From positions 248,312,001-248,376,000 of the forward strand of contig NC_086097.1 of the NCBI RefSeq assembly GCF_963921235.1: a DNA stretch of 64,000 bases, written 5' to 3'. Shown in pieces: positions 25,359 through 38,044 of the stretch (the first letter of the stretch is position 1; each line of letters begins with the position of its first letter). Under the pieces are notes generated by a model. It searched no databases and was not told the DNA's origin. It worked only from the letters and a program-made list of their open reading frames with translations. Source of the stretch: Mobula hypostoma. Its lineage: Eukaryota. The position numbers and the translations under genes are program-made.

Positions 25359-25810
25359 AGTGTGTGGGGACCCCTGGTGCTGCAGGTGATATGTTGATGA
25401 TAATTGGGCAGAGATTCCTGAGTGAAATCCCTGACTGTGATTTGAAAGGGGGTGAGGTAAACTGTTCCTTGTTTGCTAATCATGGCATGCAATATATCGA
25501 ATGCTTATTTAATGTTGGCTTTTGGAGGTATGTAAACTGTGGTCAGGATCATGGAGGAGAACTCTTTCGGTAAGATGAATGGTTGGCTCCAAGCTGGAGA
25601 AACAAGAGTGCAACAAGACCACTTCATCCAAGCACCACAACGAATTTATCATGAAACACTGCCCCCACCTTTTGCCTTCTTTGCCATCCTGTGTATTGAG
25701 AAGCCCTTGGGTCTTACCAATGTATCCAGCATGTCCAGAGTGAGCCATGTCTCAGTGAAACACAGAACATTGCAATTTCTCATTTTCTCTCCCCTCCACC
25801 CCCGATACAG

Positions 25811-25930
25811 CAATCGTGCCCTCCCTTAGGTCCTCAATCTTGTTCTGCAGCAACTGTACATTTGCTGGGTAGAGGGGGGTCTCATTCCTCGTTGTTTCAG
25901 TCTTCCACTCCTCCCTCTCTTCCTGCTATG
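25811..25930 (+). CDS. Candidate alternative AMPH cassette exon: QSCPPLGPQSCSAATVHLLGRGGSHSSLFQSSTPPSLPAM
   Basis: Lies in non-repeat sequence. Acceptor ttctcattttctctcccctccacccccgatacag, donor ATG|gtaatg; 120 nt, no stop in phase 0. No homology evidence. Confidence 0.4.
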
Positions 25931-27051
25931 GTAATGAACTATGATAATCCACTTAAAGGTGCTGTATTTGCTTATTTGAAAGTTAAGTCCGCTGAGTCCT
26001 TCAGAAGGTTGTGAAAACATTAGTTCATTAAGACAGTTCAAAAACAAGTTGCTTACAGGAAAGTTATAGGCTGCTGATTGCAGTGAGAGTATTTAAAAAG
26101 AAGTATATTTAGAAGTTTTGTAAACAGCCTGCAACATGTCACCATGGTTCACCGATGTCATCTTGGGGAAAGGATTTTTCTATCATCCATGTTTTTAAAT
26201 GTCCCTAAATGTATCTGCTTCTGCAACCACCCCAGGCAGGGCAGGTTGAGAAGGATAATAAATCAGCCATGATGAAATGGAGGAGTAGATTCAATGGGCT
26301 GAATGGCCCAATTCTGCTCCTATTCTTGTGGTATTTCTGTGTAAAAAAAATGCCTCTGGATGAAAAATTGCTTGTCAAACGTGTTCAGGAAAGTTTCCTC
26401 ATTCAGTACATAGATTCTGGTAAAATGGCGGCACAATCGGTCACAGAGGCTTCTACAGGGGCCAACCAAGGGTGTTATTGTCCTTTTTTAAACATTTTAT
26501 TTTACGATCACAAGACCCTGCTAGACATTAAGAACTTGAAGTGCTGAAGATCTACCCTATTGGTGAGTTGCTGGTTGGTTGGAGCTGGACTTCATGCGGA
26601 CCGTGCTGTTGACTGTGAAAGAGACATTCGGGGGTGTAAGTGCGTGAAGGCAGTCCAGCAGTCTAACAGCAAGTGATTGTCTTGTTCATTTTCCCTCTGA
26701 TCACAAGACCCTGTTGGACATTGTTGATGTGGAATGCTGCAAGTCCTATTCACTGGTCTATTGGCGGATGGTGGGAGAGCTGTGTGGCCCAGGTTGTTGC
26801 GAGGACTAGGCCTCAAAACAGAGTTTAGCCTGTTTACTGCCGCTCAGGGGAGAGGCTGTGTGGTGTGGCATCCAAGCTGGAATCAGTGCTGCCCCCTAGT
26901 GTTCTCCTGGCTGACGACAAGTCAAATTGTGTTTGACTGCAGACTGCTGCAACATTCATGAACTCAGGGTCTTGGACTATTTTTTTTGTGTGACTGTATT
27001 TTACTGATATCTTATATTTATTCTATATAACTGTTCTACATATAACAGTTG

Positions 27052-27362
27052 TGTGGGCACGAGGCCAAGTGGTTAAGGTATTGGACTAGCGACCTGAAGG
27101 TCGTGAGTTCGAGCCCCAGCCGAGGGAAGGTGTTGTGTCCTTGAGCAAGGTACTTAATCACACATTGCTCTGCGACGATACTGGTGCCAAGATGTATGGG
27201 TCCTAATGCCCTTCCCTTGGACAACATTGGTGTCGTGGAGAGGGGAGACTTGCAGCACGGGCAACTGCTGGTCTTCCATACAACCTTGCCCAGGCCTGCG
27301 CCCTGGAGAGTGAAGACTTTCCAGGTGCAGATCCATGGTCTCGCAAGACTAACGGATGCCTT
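27052..27362 (+). mobile_element. tRNA-derived CORE-type SINE, second copy
   Basis: Colinear with 25060-25358. Confidence 0.75.
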
Positions 27363-27494
27363 ATGTTGTACATAACTATAGTGTATATAACTGTTGGTAT
27401 TGTGTTTTGCACCTTGGCCTTAGAGTAATGCTGATTTGTTTGACTGTTTTTATGGGTATTCATGTATGGTTGAATAACAATTAAACTTGAATTA

Positions 27495-28038
27495 TCTTTG
27501 AAGTCCCAAATGGATAGAATGCAATACTAGATCTACTAGGGAATGAGATAGAGCAGGTGACAGAATTTTGAGTAGGGAGCACTTTTTATCTTGTGACCAC
27601 AGTGCCATTAGTTTCAATGTAATTATGGAAAAGGATAGGTCTGGTCTGTGGTTTGACATTCTAAATTGGAGAAAGGCCAATTTTGATTGCATCAGAAAGG
27701 ACCTGGCAAGTGTGGATTGGGACAGGCTGTTTTCTGGCAAAGGTGTACTTGGCAAGTGGGAGGCCTTCAGAGGTGAAATTTTGAAAGTACAGACTTTGTG
27801 TATTCCTGTCAAAATAAAAGGCAAGGATAACAGATTTATGGAACCTTGGTTTTTGAGAGATATTGAGACACTGGTTAAGAAAAAGAAGGATGTACATAGC
27901 AGGTACAGACAGGCAGGAACAAATGAGGGACTTGAGGCATATAAGAAATGCAAGAGGGAAATCTTCAGAAGGAAATCAGGAGTGCCAAAAAAAAGACATG
28001 AGATTGCCATAGCAGACAAGGTGAAGGAAAATCCTAGA
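27495..28038 (+). mobile_element. CR1 ORF2 fragment (endonuclease-RT linker)
   Basis: SCDHSAISF..LNWRKANFDCIRKDLASVDW..KWEAFRGEI..PWF. Confidence 0.8.
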
Positions 28039-28039
28039 T

Positions 28040-28530
28040 AGATAGATAAATTTTATTGATCCCAAAGGAAATTACAGTGTCACAGTAGCATTGTAAGTGT
28101 ACAGATATACAAATATACAAATATTACAAGTAAGAAAGAATAAAAAAAATAAGTTACCTCAGACAGTCTAACAGGAGGGGTTCATCACTTCCCCGGCTAT
28201 AGGTCGACTGATTACAGAGCCTTATGGACGAGGGTAAGAATGACTTCATATAGCACACTTTGGGGCAGTGCAGTTGTCTTAGTCTATACTAAAAGTGCTC
28301 CTCTGTTCAGCCAAGGTGGCATGCAGAGGGTGAGAAACATCGTCCAGAATTGCCAGGATTTTCCATAGGGTCCTCTGTTCTACTACAATCTCCAGTGTGT
28401 CCAGTTTGACTCCTATAACAGAGCCAGCCTTTCTAATCAGTTTATTGAGCTTTTTGGCATCACCCTTATTGATGCCATTGCCCCAGCACCCCAAGGCATA
28501 GAAGATTGTACCAGCAACAACAGTTCTGGA
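28040..28530 (-). mobile_element. Rex/Babar-type LINE 3' fragment
   Basis: CWGNGINKGDAKKLNKLIRKAGSVIG...SHPLH; (gata)n tail at ~28037-28048. Confidence 0.7.
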
Positions 28531-29520
28531 GGTTGGAACCAGGAGGTAGCCTGTCCCGGAGTTCGGGGTCTGTCTGTTTGTGCGTGGGTGGGAGGGTGGG
28601 AAAGGGATTTGTTTTTCTGTTGCTGTTGTAGGTTGCTTCTTGTATTGTTCTGAAGAACATGGACAGTAGATGGTATGCTCTGTCGGCTATCTTCTACCTT
28701 GAAAGAACTAAATCTTTGTGATCCCATAAGATATTAAACATACGAGTAAAATTTGGTTATTCAGCCCATTGAGTCTTTTTTGCCATTTCATCATGGCTGA
28801 TTTATTTTCCCTCTCAACCCCCTTCTCACCATAGCCTTTGATGCCCTGACTAACCTATCAATCTCCACTTTAGATATACCCAATAACTTGGCCTCCACAG
28901 CCGTCAGTGGCAATGAATTCCACAGATTCACCATCCTCTATCGAAAGAAATTTCCTCCTCATCTCTGCTTGGCAGTCCACTCAGCCCATCAAGTCTGCTC
29001 TGCCATTCTATCATGGCCGATTTATTATCCCCCTCAACCCCATTTCTTTGACTTCTCTCTGTAACATTTGACTCCTCTCTGCAACATTTGACTCCCTGAC
29101 TAATCAAAAACCTATCAACCTCCACTTTACTTTGATTTTTTTTGCCCATTCTCCTAATCTGTCTAAGTCCTTCTGCAGACTCCTCATTCCTCAACACTAC
29201 CTGCTCCTCCAGCTATCTTCATATCATCCGCAAACCTGGCCACAAAGCCATCAATTCCATCATCCAGATCATTTCCGAATGCTGCATTGGGAACAGTGGT
29301 AGGTGATATGTAGGTAAGAATGTGGCAGTCTCCCAGCATCCATTTCAGAAAGGAAAAACTGAGATCAGAATTGAAAACTGAATCATTTCCTCACAGGGAA
29401 TGTCACATGACTGAAGTATCTAACAGGGCAATTTATAGTTCCTTAAAGAAATCCCATTAGCACCTTGTCTCTACAGAACATGCATCCAGGACCCTGTTTA
29501 CTTGGTGTGTGAAGTGAGAA

Positions 29521-30180
29521 TAGAAACATAGAAACATAGAAAATAGGTGCAGGAGTAGGCCATTCGGCCCTTCGAGCCTGCACCGCCATTTATTATGATC
29601 ATGGCTGATCATCCAACTCAGAACCCCACCTCAGCCTTCCCTCCATACCCCCTGACCCCCGTAGCCACAAGGGCCATATCTAACTCCCTCTTAATTATAG
29701 CCAATGAACTGGCCTCAACTGTTTCCTGTGGCAGAGGATTCCACAGATTCACCACTCTCTGTGTGAAGAAGTTTTTCCTAATCTCAGTCCTAAAAGGCTT
29801 CCCCTTTATCCTCAAACTGTGACCCCTCGTTCTGGACTTCCCCAACATCGGGAACAATCTTCCTGCATCTAGCCTGTCCAATCCCTTTAGGATTTTATAC
29901 GTTTCAATCAGATCCCCCCTCAATCTTCTGAATTCCAACGAGTACAAGCCCAGTTCATCCAGTCTTTCTTCATATGAAAGTCCTGCCATCCCAGGAATCA
30001 ATCTGGTGAACCTTCTTTGTACTCCCTCTATGGCAAGGATGTCTTTCCTCAGATTAGGGGACCAAAACTGCACACAATACTCCAGGTGTAGTCTCACCAA
30101 GGCCTTGTACAACTGCAGTAGTACCTTCCTGCTCCTGTACTCGAATCTTCTTGCTATAAATGCCAGCATACCATTCGCAT
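29521..30180 (-). mobile_element. Young CR1 3' fragment, same subfamily as 2441-4225 and 22369-24364, antisense
   Basis: ORF 29618-30229 is nearly identical to the C-terminal parts of ORFs 3399-4133 and 23430-24266. Confidence 0.95.
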
Positions 30181-30932
30181 TATCAGCAAACTTATTAGGA
30201 AGCTCACTGTCTATTTCTGGGTGCAACATAAATTATTGGAGCTATTTTGATTATTCTTGCTTTAGAAAGCAGAGGTGAATTCAGTCCAGCAACATCGATT
30301 TTAACGGCTTCCTGTCCCACTACAATAAGAATGTGTTCATGCCAGTCAGTGTGATCGCTCAAGTTGAGTATGATGTTTTCCTAAGGGGTTGTCTATTGGT
30401 GGGTGCTTGGGTGACTGAAGAGGCCGATTCGGGATCCACATATTCCGTTTCAGTGTGTACATGAGTAAGTGGTGGCTGTAGTTAGTGTTTGGGTCTTCTG
30501 GTTGTTCAATCTCTCCTTTCACAGCTGCTGTTTGTTGTCGTGTAACTCAGCTCCCTCTTGAACAGATTTCCTCCCGGTCTATCTACTGAGTGCAATGTAG
30601 ATGTAATGTTGAGTGTCTTTAATCTGAATTTGATGTTCAAAGTTCAAAGTACATTTATTATCAAAATATGTCAACTATATGTACTACAACCTTGAGATTT
30701 GTCTGCTTACAAGTAGTCACAATACGACAAAACCCAATAGAACCCATTAAAGCAAAGACCGTCAAACAGCCAACATGCAGCCAGTCATCACTGAAGCCGA
30801 TTCAAGTACTGGTTACGTTGCAGGCTACAGCCTCAGTTCAACACAGAAACAAGTAAATCTCGTGGAGCAGTGAGCTGACCACCATCCTATCCCTTGCCTC
30901 CGGCCCCAGCACCCTGACCTTTCCAAACTGGC

Positions 30933-33900
30933 CCGGTCAAACCCTGGGTTGTACCACACTTAAACCGGCCAAACGCTGGGTTGTACCACACTTAAACCGG
31001 CCAAACGCTGGGTTGTACCACACTTAAACCGGCCAAACGCTGGGTTGTACCACACTTAAACCGGCCAAACGCTGGGTTGTACCACACTTAAACCGGCCAA
31101 GCGCTGGGTTGTACCACACTTAAACCGGCCAAACGCTGGGTTGTACCACACTTAAACCGGCCAAACGCTGGGTTGTACCACACTTAAACCGGCCAAACGC
31201 TGGGTTGTACCACACTTAAACCGGCCAAACGCTGGGTTGTACCACACTTAAACCGGCCAAACGCTGGGTTGTACCACACTTAAACCGGCCAAACGCTGGG
31301 TTGTACCACACTTAAACCGGCCAAACGCTGGGTTGTACCACACTTAAACCGGTCAAACGCTGGGTTGTACCACACTTAAACCGGCCAAACGCTGGGTTGT
31401 ACCACACTTAAATCGGTCAAACGCTGGGTTGTACCACACTTAAACCGGCCAAACCCTGGGTTGTACCACACTTAAACCGGTCAAACCCTGGGTTGTACCA
31501 CACTTAAACCGGCCAAACGCTGGGTTGTACCACACTTAAACCGGCCAAACGCTGGGTTGTACCACACTTAAACCGGCCAAACGCTGGGTTGTACCACACT
31601 TAAACCGGCCAAACGCTGGGTTGTACCACACTTAAACCGGCCAAACGCTGGGTTGTACCACACTTAAACCGGCCAAACGCTGGGTTGTACCACACTTAAA
31701 CCGGCCAAGCGCTGGGTTGTACCACACTTAAACCGGCCAAGCGCTGGGTTGTACCACACTTAAACCGGCCAAACGCTGGGTTGTACCACACTTAAACCGG
31801 TCAAACGCTGGGTTGTACCACACTTAAACCGGCCAAACGCTGGGTTGTACCACACTTAAACCGGCCAAACGCTGGGTTGTACCACACTTAAACCGGCCAA
31901 ACGCTGGGTTGTACCACACTTAAACCGGCCAAACGCTGGGTTGTACCACACTTAAACCGGCCAAACGCTGGGTTGTACCACACTTAAACCGGCCAAACGC
32001 TGGGTTGTACCACACTTAAACCGGCCAAGCGCTGGGTTGTACCACACTTAAACCGGCCAAACGCTGGGTTGTACCACACTTAAACCGGCCAAGCGCTGGG
32101 TTGAACCACACTTAAACCGGCCAAACGCTGGGTTGTACCACACTTAAACCGGCCAAACGCTGGGTTGTACCACACTTAAACCGGCCAAACGCTGGGTTGT
32201 ACCACACTTAAACCGGCCAAACGCTGGGTTGTACCACACTTAAACCGGCCAAACGCTGGGTTGTACCACACTTAAACCGGCCAAACGCTGGGTTGTACCA
32301 CACTTAAACCGGCCAAACGCTGGGTTGTACCACACTTAAACCGGCCAAACGCTGGGTTGTACCACACTTAAACCGGCCAAACGCTGGGTTGTACCACACT
32401 TAAACCGGCCAAACGCTGGGTTGTACCACACTTAAACCGGCCAAACCCTGGGTTGTACCACACTTAAACCGGCCAAACGCTGGGTTGTACCACACTTAAA
32501 CCGGCCAAACGCTGGGTTGTACCACACTTAAACCGGCCAAACCCTGGGTTGTACCACACTTAAACCGGCCAAACGCTGGGTTGTACCACACTTAAACCGG
32601 CCAAACGCTGGGTTGTACCACACTTAAACCAGTCAAACCCTGGGTTGTACCACACTTAAACCAGTCAAACCCTGGGTTGTACCACACTTAAACCGGTCAA
32701 ACCCTGGGTTGTACCACACTTAAACCGGTCAAACCCTGGGTTGTACCACACTTAAACCGGCCAAACGCTGGGTTGTACCACACTTAAACCGGCCAAACGC
32801 TGGGTTGTACCACACTTAAACCGGTCAAACGCTGGGTTGTACCACACTTAAACCGGCCAAACGCTGGGTTGTACCACACTTAAACCGGCCAAACGCTGGG
32901 TTGTACCACACTTAAACCGGCCAAACGCTGGGTTGTACCACACTTAAACCGGCCAAACGCTGGGTTGTACCACACTTAAACCGGCCAAACGCTGGGTTGT
33001 ACCACACTTAAACCGGCCAAACGCTGGGTTGTACCACACTTAAAACTGGCCAAACGCTGGGTTGTACCACACTTAAACCGGTCAAACCCTGGGTTGTACC
33101 ACACTTAAACCGGCCAAACGCTGGGTTGTACCACACTTAAACCGGCCAAACGCTGGGTTGTACCACACTTAAACTGGCCAAACGCTGGGTTGTACCACAC
33201 TTAAAACTGGCCAAACGCTGGGTTGTACCACACTTAAACCGGCCAAACGCTGGGTTGTACCACACTTAAATCGGTCAAACGCTGGGTTGTACCACACTTA
33301 AACCGGCCAAGCGCTGGGTTGTACCACACTTAAACCGGCCAAGCGCTGGGTTGTACCACACTTAAACCGGCCAAACGCTGGGTTGTACCACACTTAAACC
33401 GGCCAAACGCTGGGTTGTACCACACTTAAACCGGCCAAGCGCTGGGTTGTACCACACTTAAACCGGCCAAACGCTGGGTTGTACCACACTTAAACCGGCC
33501 AAACGCTGGGTTGTACCACACTTAAACCGGCCAAACGCTGGGTTGTACCACACTTAAACCGGCCAAACGCTGGGTTGTACCACACTTAAACCGGCCAAGC
33601 GCTGGGTTGTACCACACTTAAACCGGCCAAGCGCTGGGTTGTACCACACTTAAATCGGTCAAACGCTGGGTTGTACCACACTTAAACCGGCCAAACGCTG
33701 GGTTGTACCACACTTAAACCGGCCAAACGCTGGGTTGTACCACACTTAAACCGGCCAAACGCTGGGTTGTACCACACTTAAACCGGCCAAACGCTGGGTT
33801 GTACCACACTTAAACCGGCCAAACGCTGGGTTGTACCACACTTAAACCGGCCAAACGCTGGGTTGTACCACACTTAAACCGGCCAAACGCTGGGTTGTAC

Positions 33901-36882
33901 CACACTTAAACTGGCCAAACGCTGGGTTGTACCACACTTAAACCGGCCAAACGCTGGGTTGTACCACACTTAAACCGGCCAAACGCTGGGTTGTACCACA
34001 CTTAAACCGGCCAAACGCTGGGTTGTACCACACTTAAACTGGCCAAACGCTGGGTTGTACCACACTTAAACTGGCCAAACGCTGGGTTGTACCACACTTA
34101 AACCGGCCAAACGCTGGGTTGTACCACACTTAAACCGGCCAAACGCTGGGTTGTACCACACTTAAACCGGCCAAACGCTGGGTTGTACCACACTTAAACC
34201 GGCCAAACGCTGGGTTGTACCACACTTAAACCGGCCAAACGCTGGGTTGTACCACACTTAAACCGGCCAAACGCTGGGTTGTACCACACTTAAACCGGCC
34301 AAACGCTGGGTTGTACCACACTTAAACCGGCCAAGCGCTGGGTTGTACCACACTTAAACCGGCCAAGCGCTGGGTTGTACCACACTTAAACCGGCCAAGC
34401 GCTGGGTTGTACCACACTTAAACCGGCCAAGCGCTGGGTTGTACCACACTTAAACCGGCCAAGCGCTGGGTTGTACCACACTTAAACCGGCCAAGCGCTG
34501 GGTTGTACCACACTTAAACCGGCCAAGCGCTGGGTTGTACCACACTTAAACGGCCAAGCGCTGGGTTGTACCACACTTAAACTGGCCAAGCGCTGGGTTG
34601 TACCACACTTAAACTGGCCAAGCGCTGGGTTGTACCACACTTAAACCGGCCAAACGCTGGGTTGTACCACACTTAAACCGGCCAAACGCTGGGTTGTACC
34701 ACACTTAAACCGGCCAAACGCTGGGTTGTACCACACTTAAACCGGCCAAACGCTGGGTTGTACCACACTTAAACCGGCCAAACGCTGGGTTGTACCACAC
34801 TTAAACCGGCCAAACGCTGGGTTGTACCACACTTAAACCGGCCAAACGCTGGGTTGTACCACACTTAAACCGGTCAAACGCTGGGTTGTACCACACTTAA
34901 ACCGGCCAAACGCTGGGTTGTACCACACTTAAACCGGCCAAACGCTGGGTTGTACCACACTTAAACCGGCCAATCGCTGGGTTGTACCACACTTAAACTG
35001 GCCAAGCGCTGGGTTGTACCACACTTAAACCGGCCAAACGCTGGGTTGTACCACACTTAAACCGGCCAAGCGCTGGGTTGTACCACACTTAAATCGGTCA
35101 AGCGCTGGGTTGTACCACACTTAAACCGGCCAAACGCTGGGTTGTACCACACTTAAACCGGCCAAACGCTGGGTTGTACCACACTTAAACCGGCCAAACG
35201 CTGGGTTGTACCACACTTAAACCGGCCAAGCGCTGGGTTGTACCACACTTAAATCGGTCAAACGCTGGGTTGTACCACACTTAAACCGGCCAAACGCTGG
35301 GTTGTACCACACTTAAACCGGCCAAACGCTGGGTTGTACCACACTTAAACCGGCCAAACGCTGGGTTGTACCACACTTAAACCGGCCAAACGCTGGGTTG
35401 TACCACACTTAAACCGGTCAAACGCTGGGTTGTACCACACTTAAACCGGCCAAACGCTGGGTTGTACCACACTTAAACCGGCCAAACGCTGGGTTGTACC
35501 ACACTTAAACCGGCCAAACGCTGGGTTGTACCACACTTAAACCGGTCAAACCCTGGGTTGTACCACACTTAAACCGGCCAAACGCTGGGTTGTACCACAC
35601 TTAAACCGGCCAAACGCTGGGTTGTACCACACTTAAACCGGCCAAACGCTGGGTTGTACCACACTTAAACCGGCCAAACGCTGGGTTGTACCACACTTAA
35701 ACCGGTCAAACCCTGGGTTGTACCACACTTAAACCGGCCAAACGCTGGGTTGTACCACACTTAAACCGGCCAAACGCTGGGTTGTACCACACTTAAACCG
35801 GTCAAACGCTGGGTTGTACCACACTTAAACCGGCCAAACGCTGGGTTGTACCACACTTAAACCGGCCAAACGCTGGGTTGTACCACACTTAAACCGGCCA
35901 AACGCTGGGTTGTACCACACTTAAACCGGTCAAACCCTGGGTTGTACCACACTTAAACCGGTCAAACCCTGGGTTGTACCACACTTAAACCAGTCAAACG
36001 CTGGGTTGTACCACACTTAAACCGGCCAAACGCTGGGTTGTACCACACTTAAACCGGTCAAACCCTGGGTTGTACCACACTTAAACTGGCCAAACGCTGG
36101 GTTGTACCACACTTAAACCGGTCAAACCCTGGGTTGTACCACACTTAAACCAGCCAAACGCTGGGTTGTACCACACTTAAACCAGCCAAACCCTGGGTTG
36201 TACCACACTTAAACCGGCCAAACCCTGGGTTGTACCACACTTAAACCGGTCAAACGCTGGGTTGTACCACACTTAAACCGGTCAAACGCTGGGTTGTACC
36301 ACACTTAAACCGGCCAAACGCTGGGTTGTACCACACTTAAACCGGCCAAACGCTGGGTTGTACCACACTTAAACCGGCCAAACGCTGGGTTGTACCACAC
36401 TTAAACCGGCCAAACGCTGGGTTGTACCACACTTAAACCGGCCAAACGCTGGGTTGTACCACACTTAAACCGGCCAAACGCTGGGTTGTACCACACTTAA
36501 ACCGGCCAAGCGCTGGGTTGTACCACACTTAAACCGGCCAAACGCTGGGTTGTACCACACTTAAACCGGCCAAACGCTGGGTTGTACCACACTTAAACCG
36601 GCCAAACGCTGGGTTGTACCACACTTAAACCGGCCAAGCGCTGGGTTGTACCACACTTAAACCGGCCAAACGCTGGGTTGTACCACACTTAAACCGGCCA
36701 AACGCTGGGTTGTACCACACTTAAACCGGCCAAACGCTGGGTTGTACCACACTTAAACCGGCCAAGCGCTGGGTTGTACCACACTTAAACTGGCCAAGCG
36801 CTGGGTTGTACCACACTTAAACCGGTCAAACGCTGGGTTGTACCACACTTAAACCGGTCAAACGCTGGGTTGTACCACACTT
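30933..36882. repeat. Minisatellite, 32-bp unit (gctgggttgtaccacacttaaaccggccaaac), ~186 copies
   Basis: Register repeats every 480 bp (15 units); only point variants and rare 1-bp indels; no spacers. Confidence 0.99.
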
Positions 36883-37264
36883 TTGGACCTGGGTCCTGCC
36901 ACTTCAATACACCTTCAGGCCCAGGTTCCATCACCTCAACTCTGCCTAGCCTTAGTTTTGCCGCTTCAAATTGCCTCCAAGTCCGCTCCAGCAATGACCA
37001 AACACTGGCTCGTTCCTCGCTCTTGTCCCCAGGCCCTGCCACCTCGATTTGGCCCGTACACACCACGCCACAGCCATCCTGTGTCTTCGAAACTTCAGCT
37101 CAAAATGTCAGGTCATACAGGCGGTTCAAAAGCTCATCTCCAAAAGGGAGGTAACAGGCTATTGGTTGCAGTGATTGTTTACCAGAAAAAGTGTGATTAG
37201 TAAAGTAGTAGTTGTGTTTGCTGCCAGCAAGTTGTCACTGTGATTCAACAAAGCCATTTTAAAC

Positions 37265-37760
37265 CTGATCTTTGAAGCATTTTCTTTGCCTGCCAGGGGC
37301 TTGTTGACCTTCCTTCAACTGAAAGTAAAGGATCTGTTTGGGGAGACGTAAGTTAGGTACACAGATGACACAACCTATCCATCAGAGTTGGTGTTGTTTT
37401 ATCATGGGTGAAATGCTGTTCATGTTGGCCTCCTCCATACACTGGTGTTTGTCTGTCCTTCCAGCTGATCCTCAAAATCATTCATAAGGTTCTTTGGTGT
37501 TATTGTTCCAGAGCTTTCTGGTGTCAAATGCAGGTGATCCAGCTCGATACAGTAATGTACAAAGGACTTCTCTTCTCCAGATCAAAAGTTTTGTTTGGAT
37601 CTGTAGGTCGTGGTCTTCAAAGGGTCTTTTCATTATTCTTACATAGGTGTCACTAGCACTACAGCAGAACAAATGAATGTTTTTGTTTGTAACATTATAC
37701 CTGTGACTTTTTAAGATGTTCCCCTTCCAAATTCCAATCTGTTTGGGCATTGCATCTTTT
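37265..37760 (-). mobile_element. Degraded RTE-like LINE fragment, probably continuing at ~30345-30630
   Basis: Frameshifted LCTLLY...HQRTL..ILRISWKD motifs on the minus strand. Confidence 0.5.
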
Positions 37761-38044
37761 GCCTCAGCTCCATATACTTAACAGTTTCTGGCAACATTTC
37801 TCTGCCTGTGGAGGGTTGATCCTTCCTCTCCCACCCAGCTCCAGGGCCAGGGCCACAACACCCCACAGGGGCACCTCATTCTCTTTCCCATTTCAACTCA
37901 ACCTCTTGCTCCTTTCTTCTCTCCCAATCCTTCTCTGATCCTGTAACCAACCATCTTCTCTCTGCTCTGACCTCTACTCCTTTACCCCCTTCCAACCCTC
38001 TCTACCATTACCCTGTTCACATTCTACACTCGCCATCTTCCCAA

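Noticed and set aside
30933..36882. CRISPR-like look (32-bp repeat containing GTT...AAAC)
   Set aside because: Units are head-to-tail with no unique spacers, there are no cas genes, and the context is a vertebrate intron.
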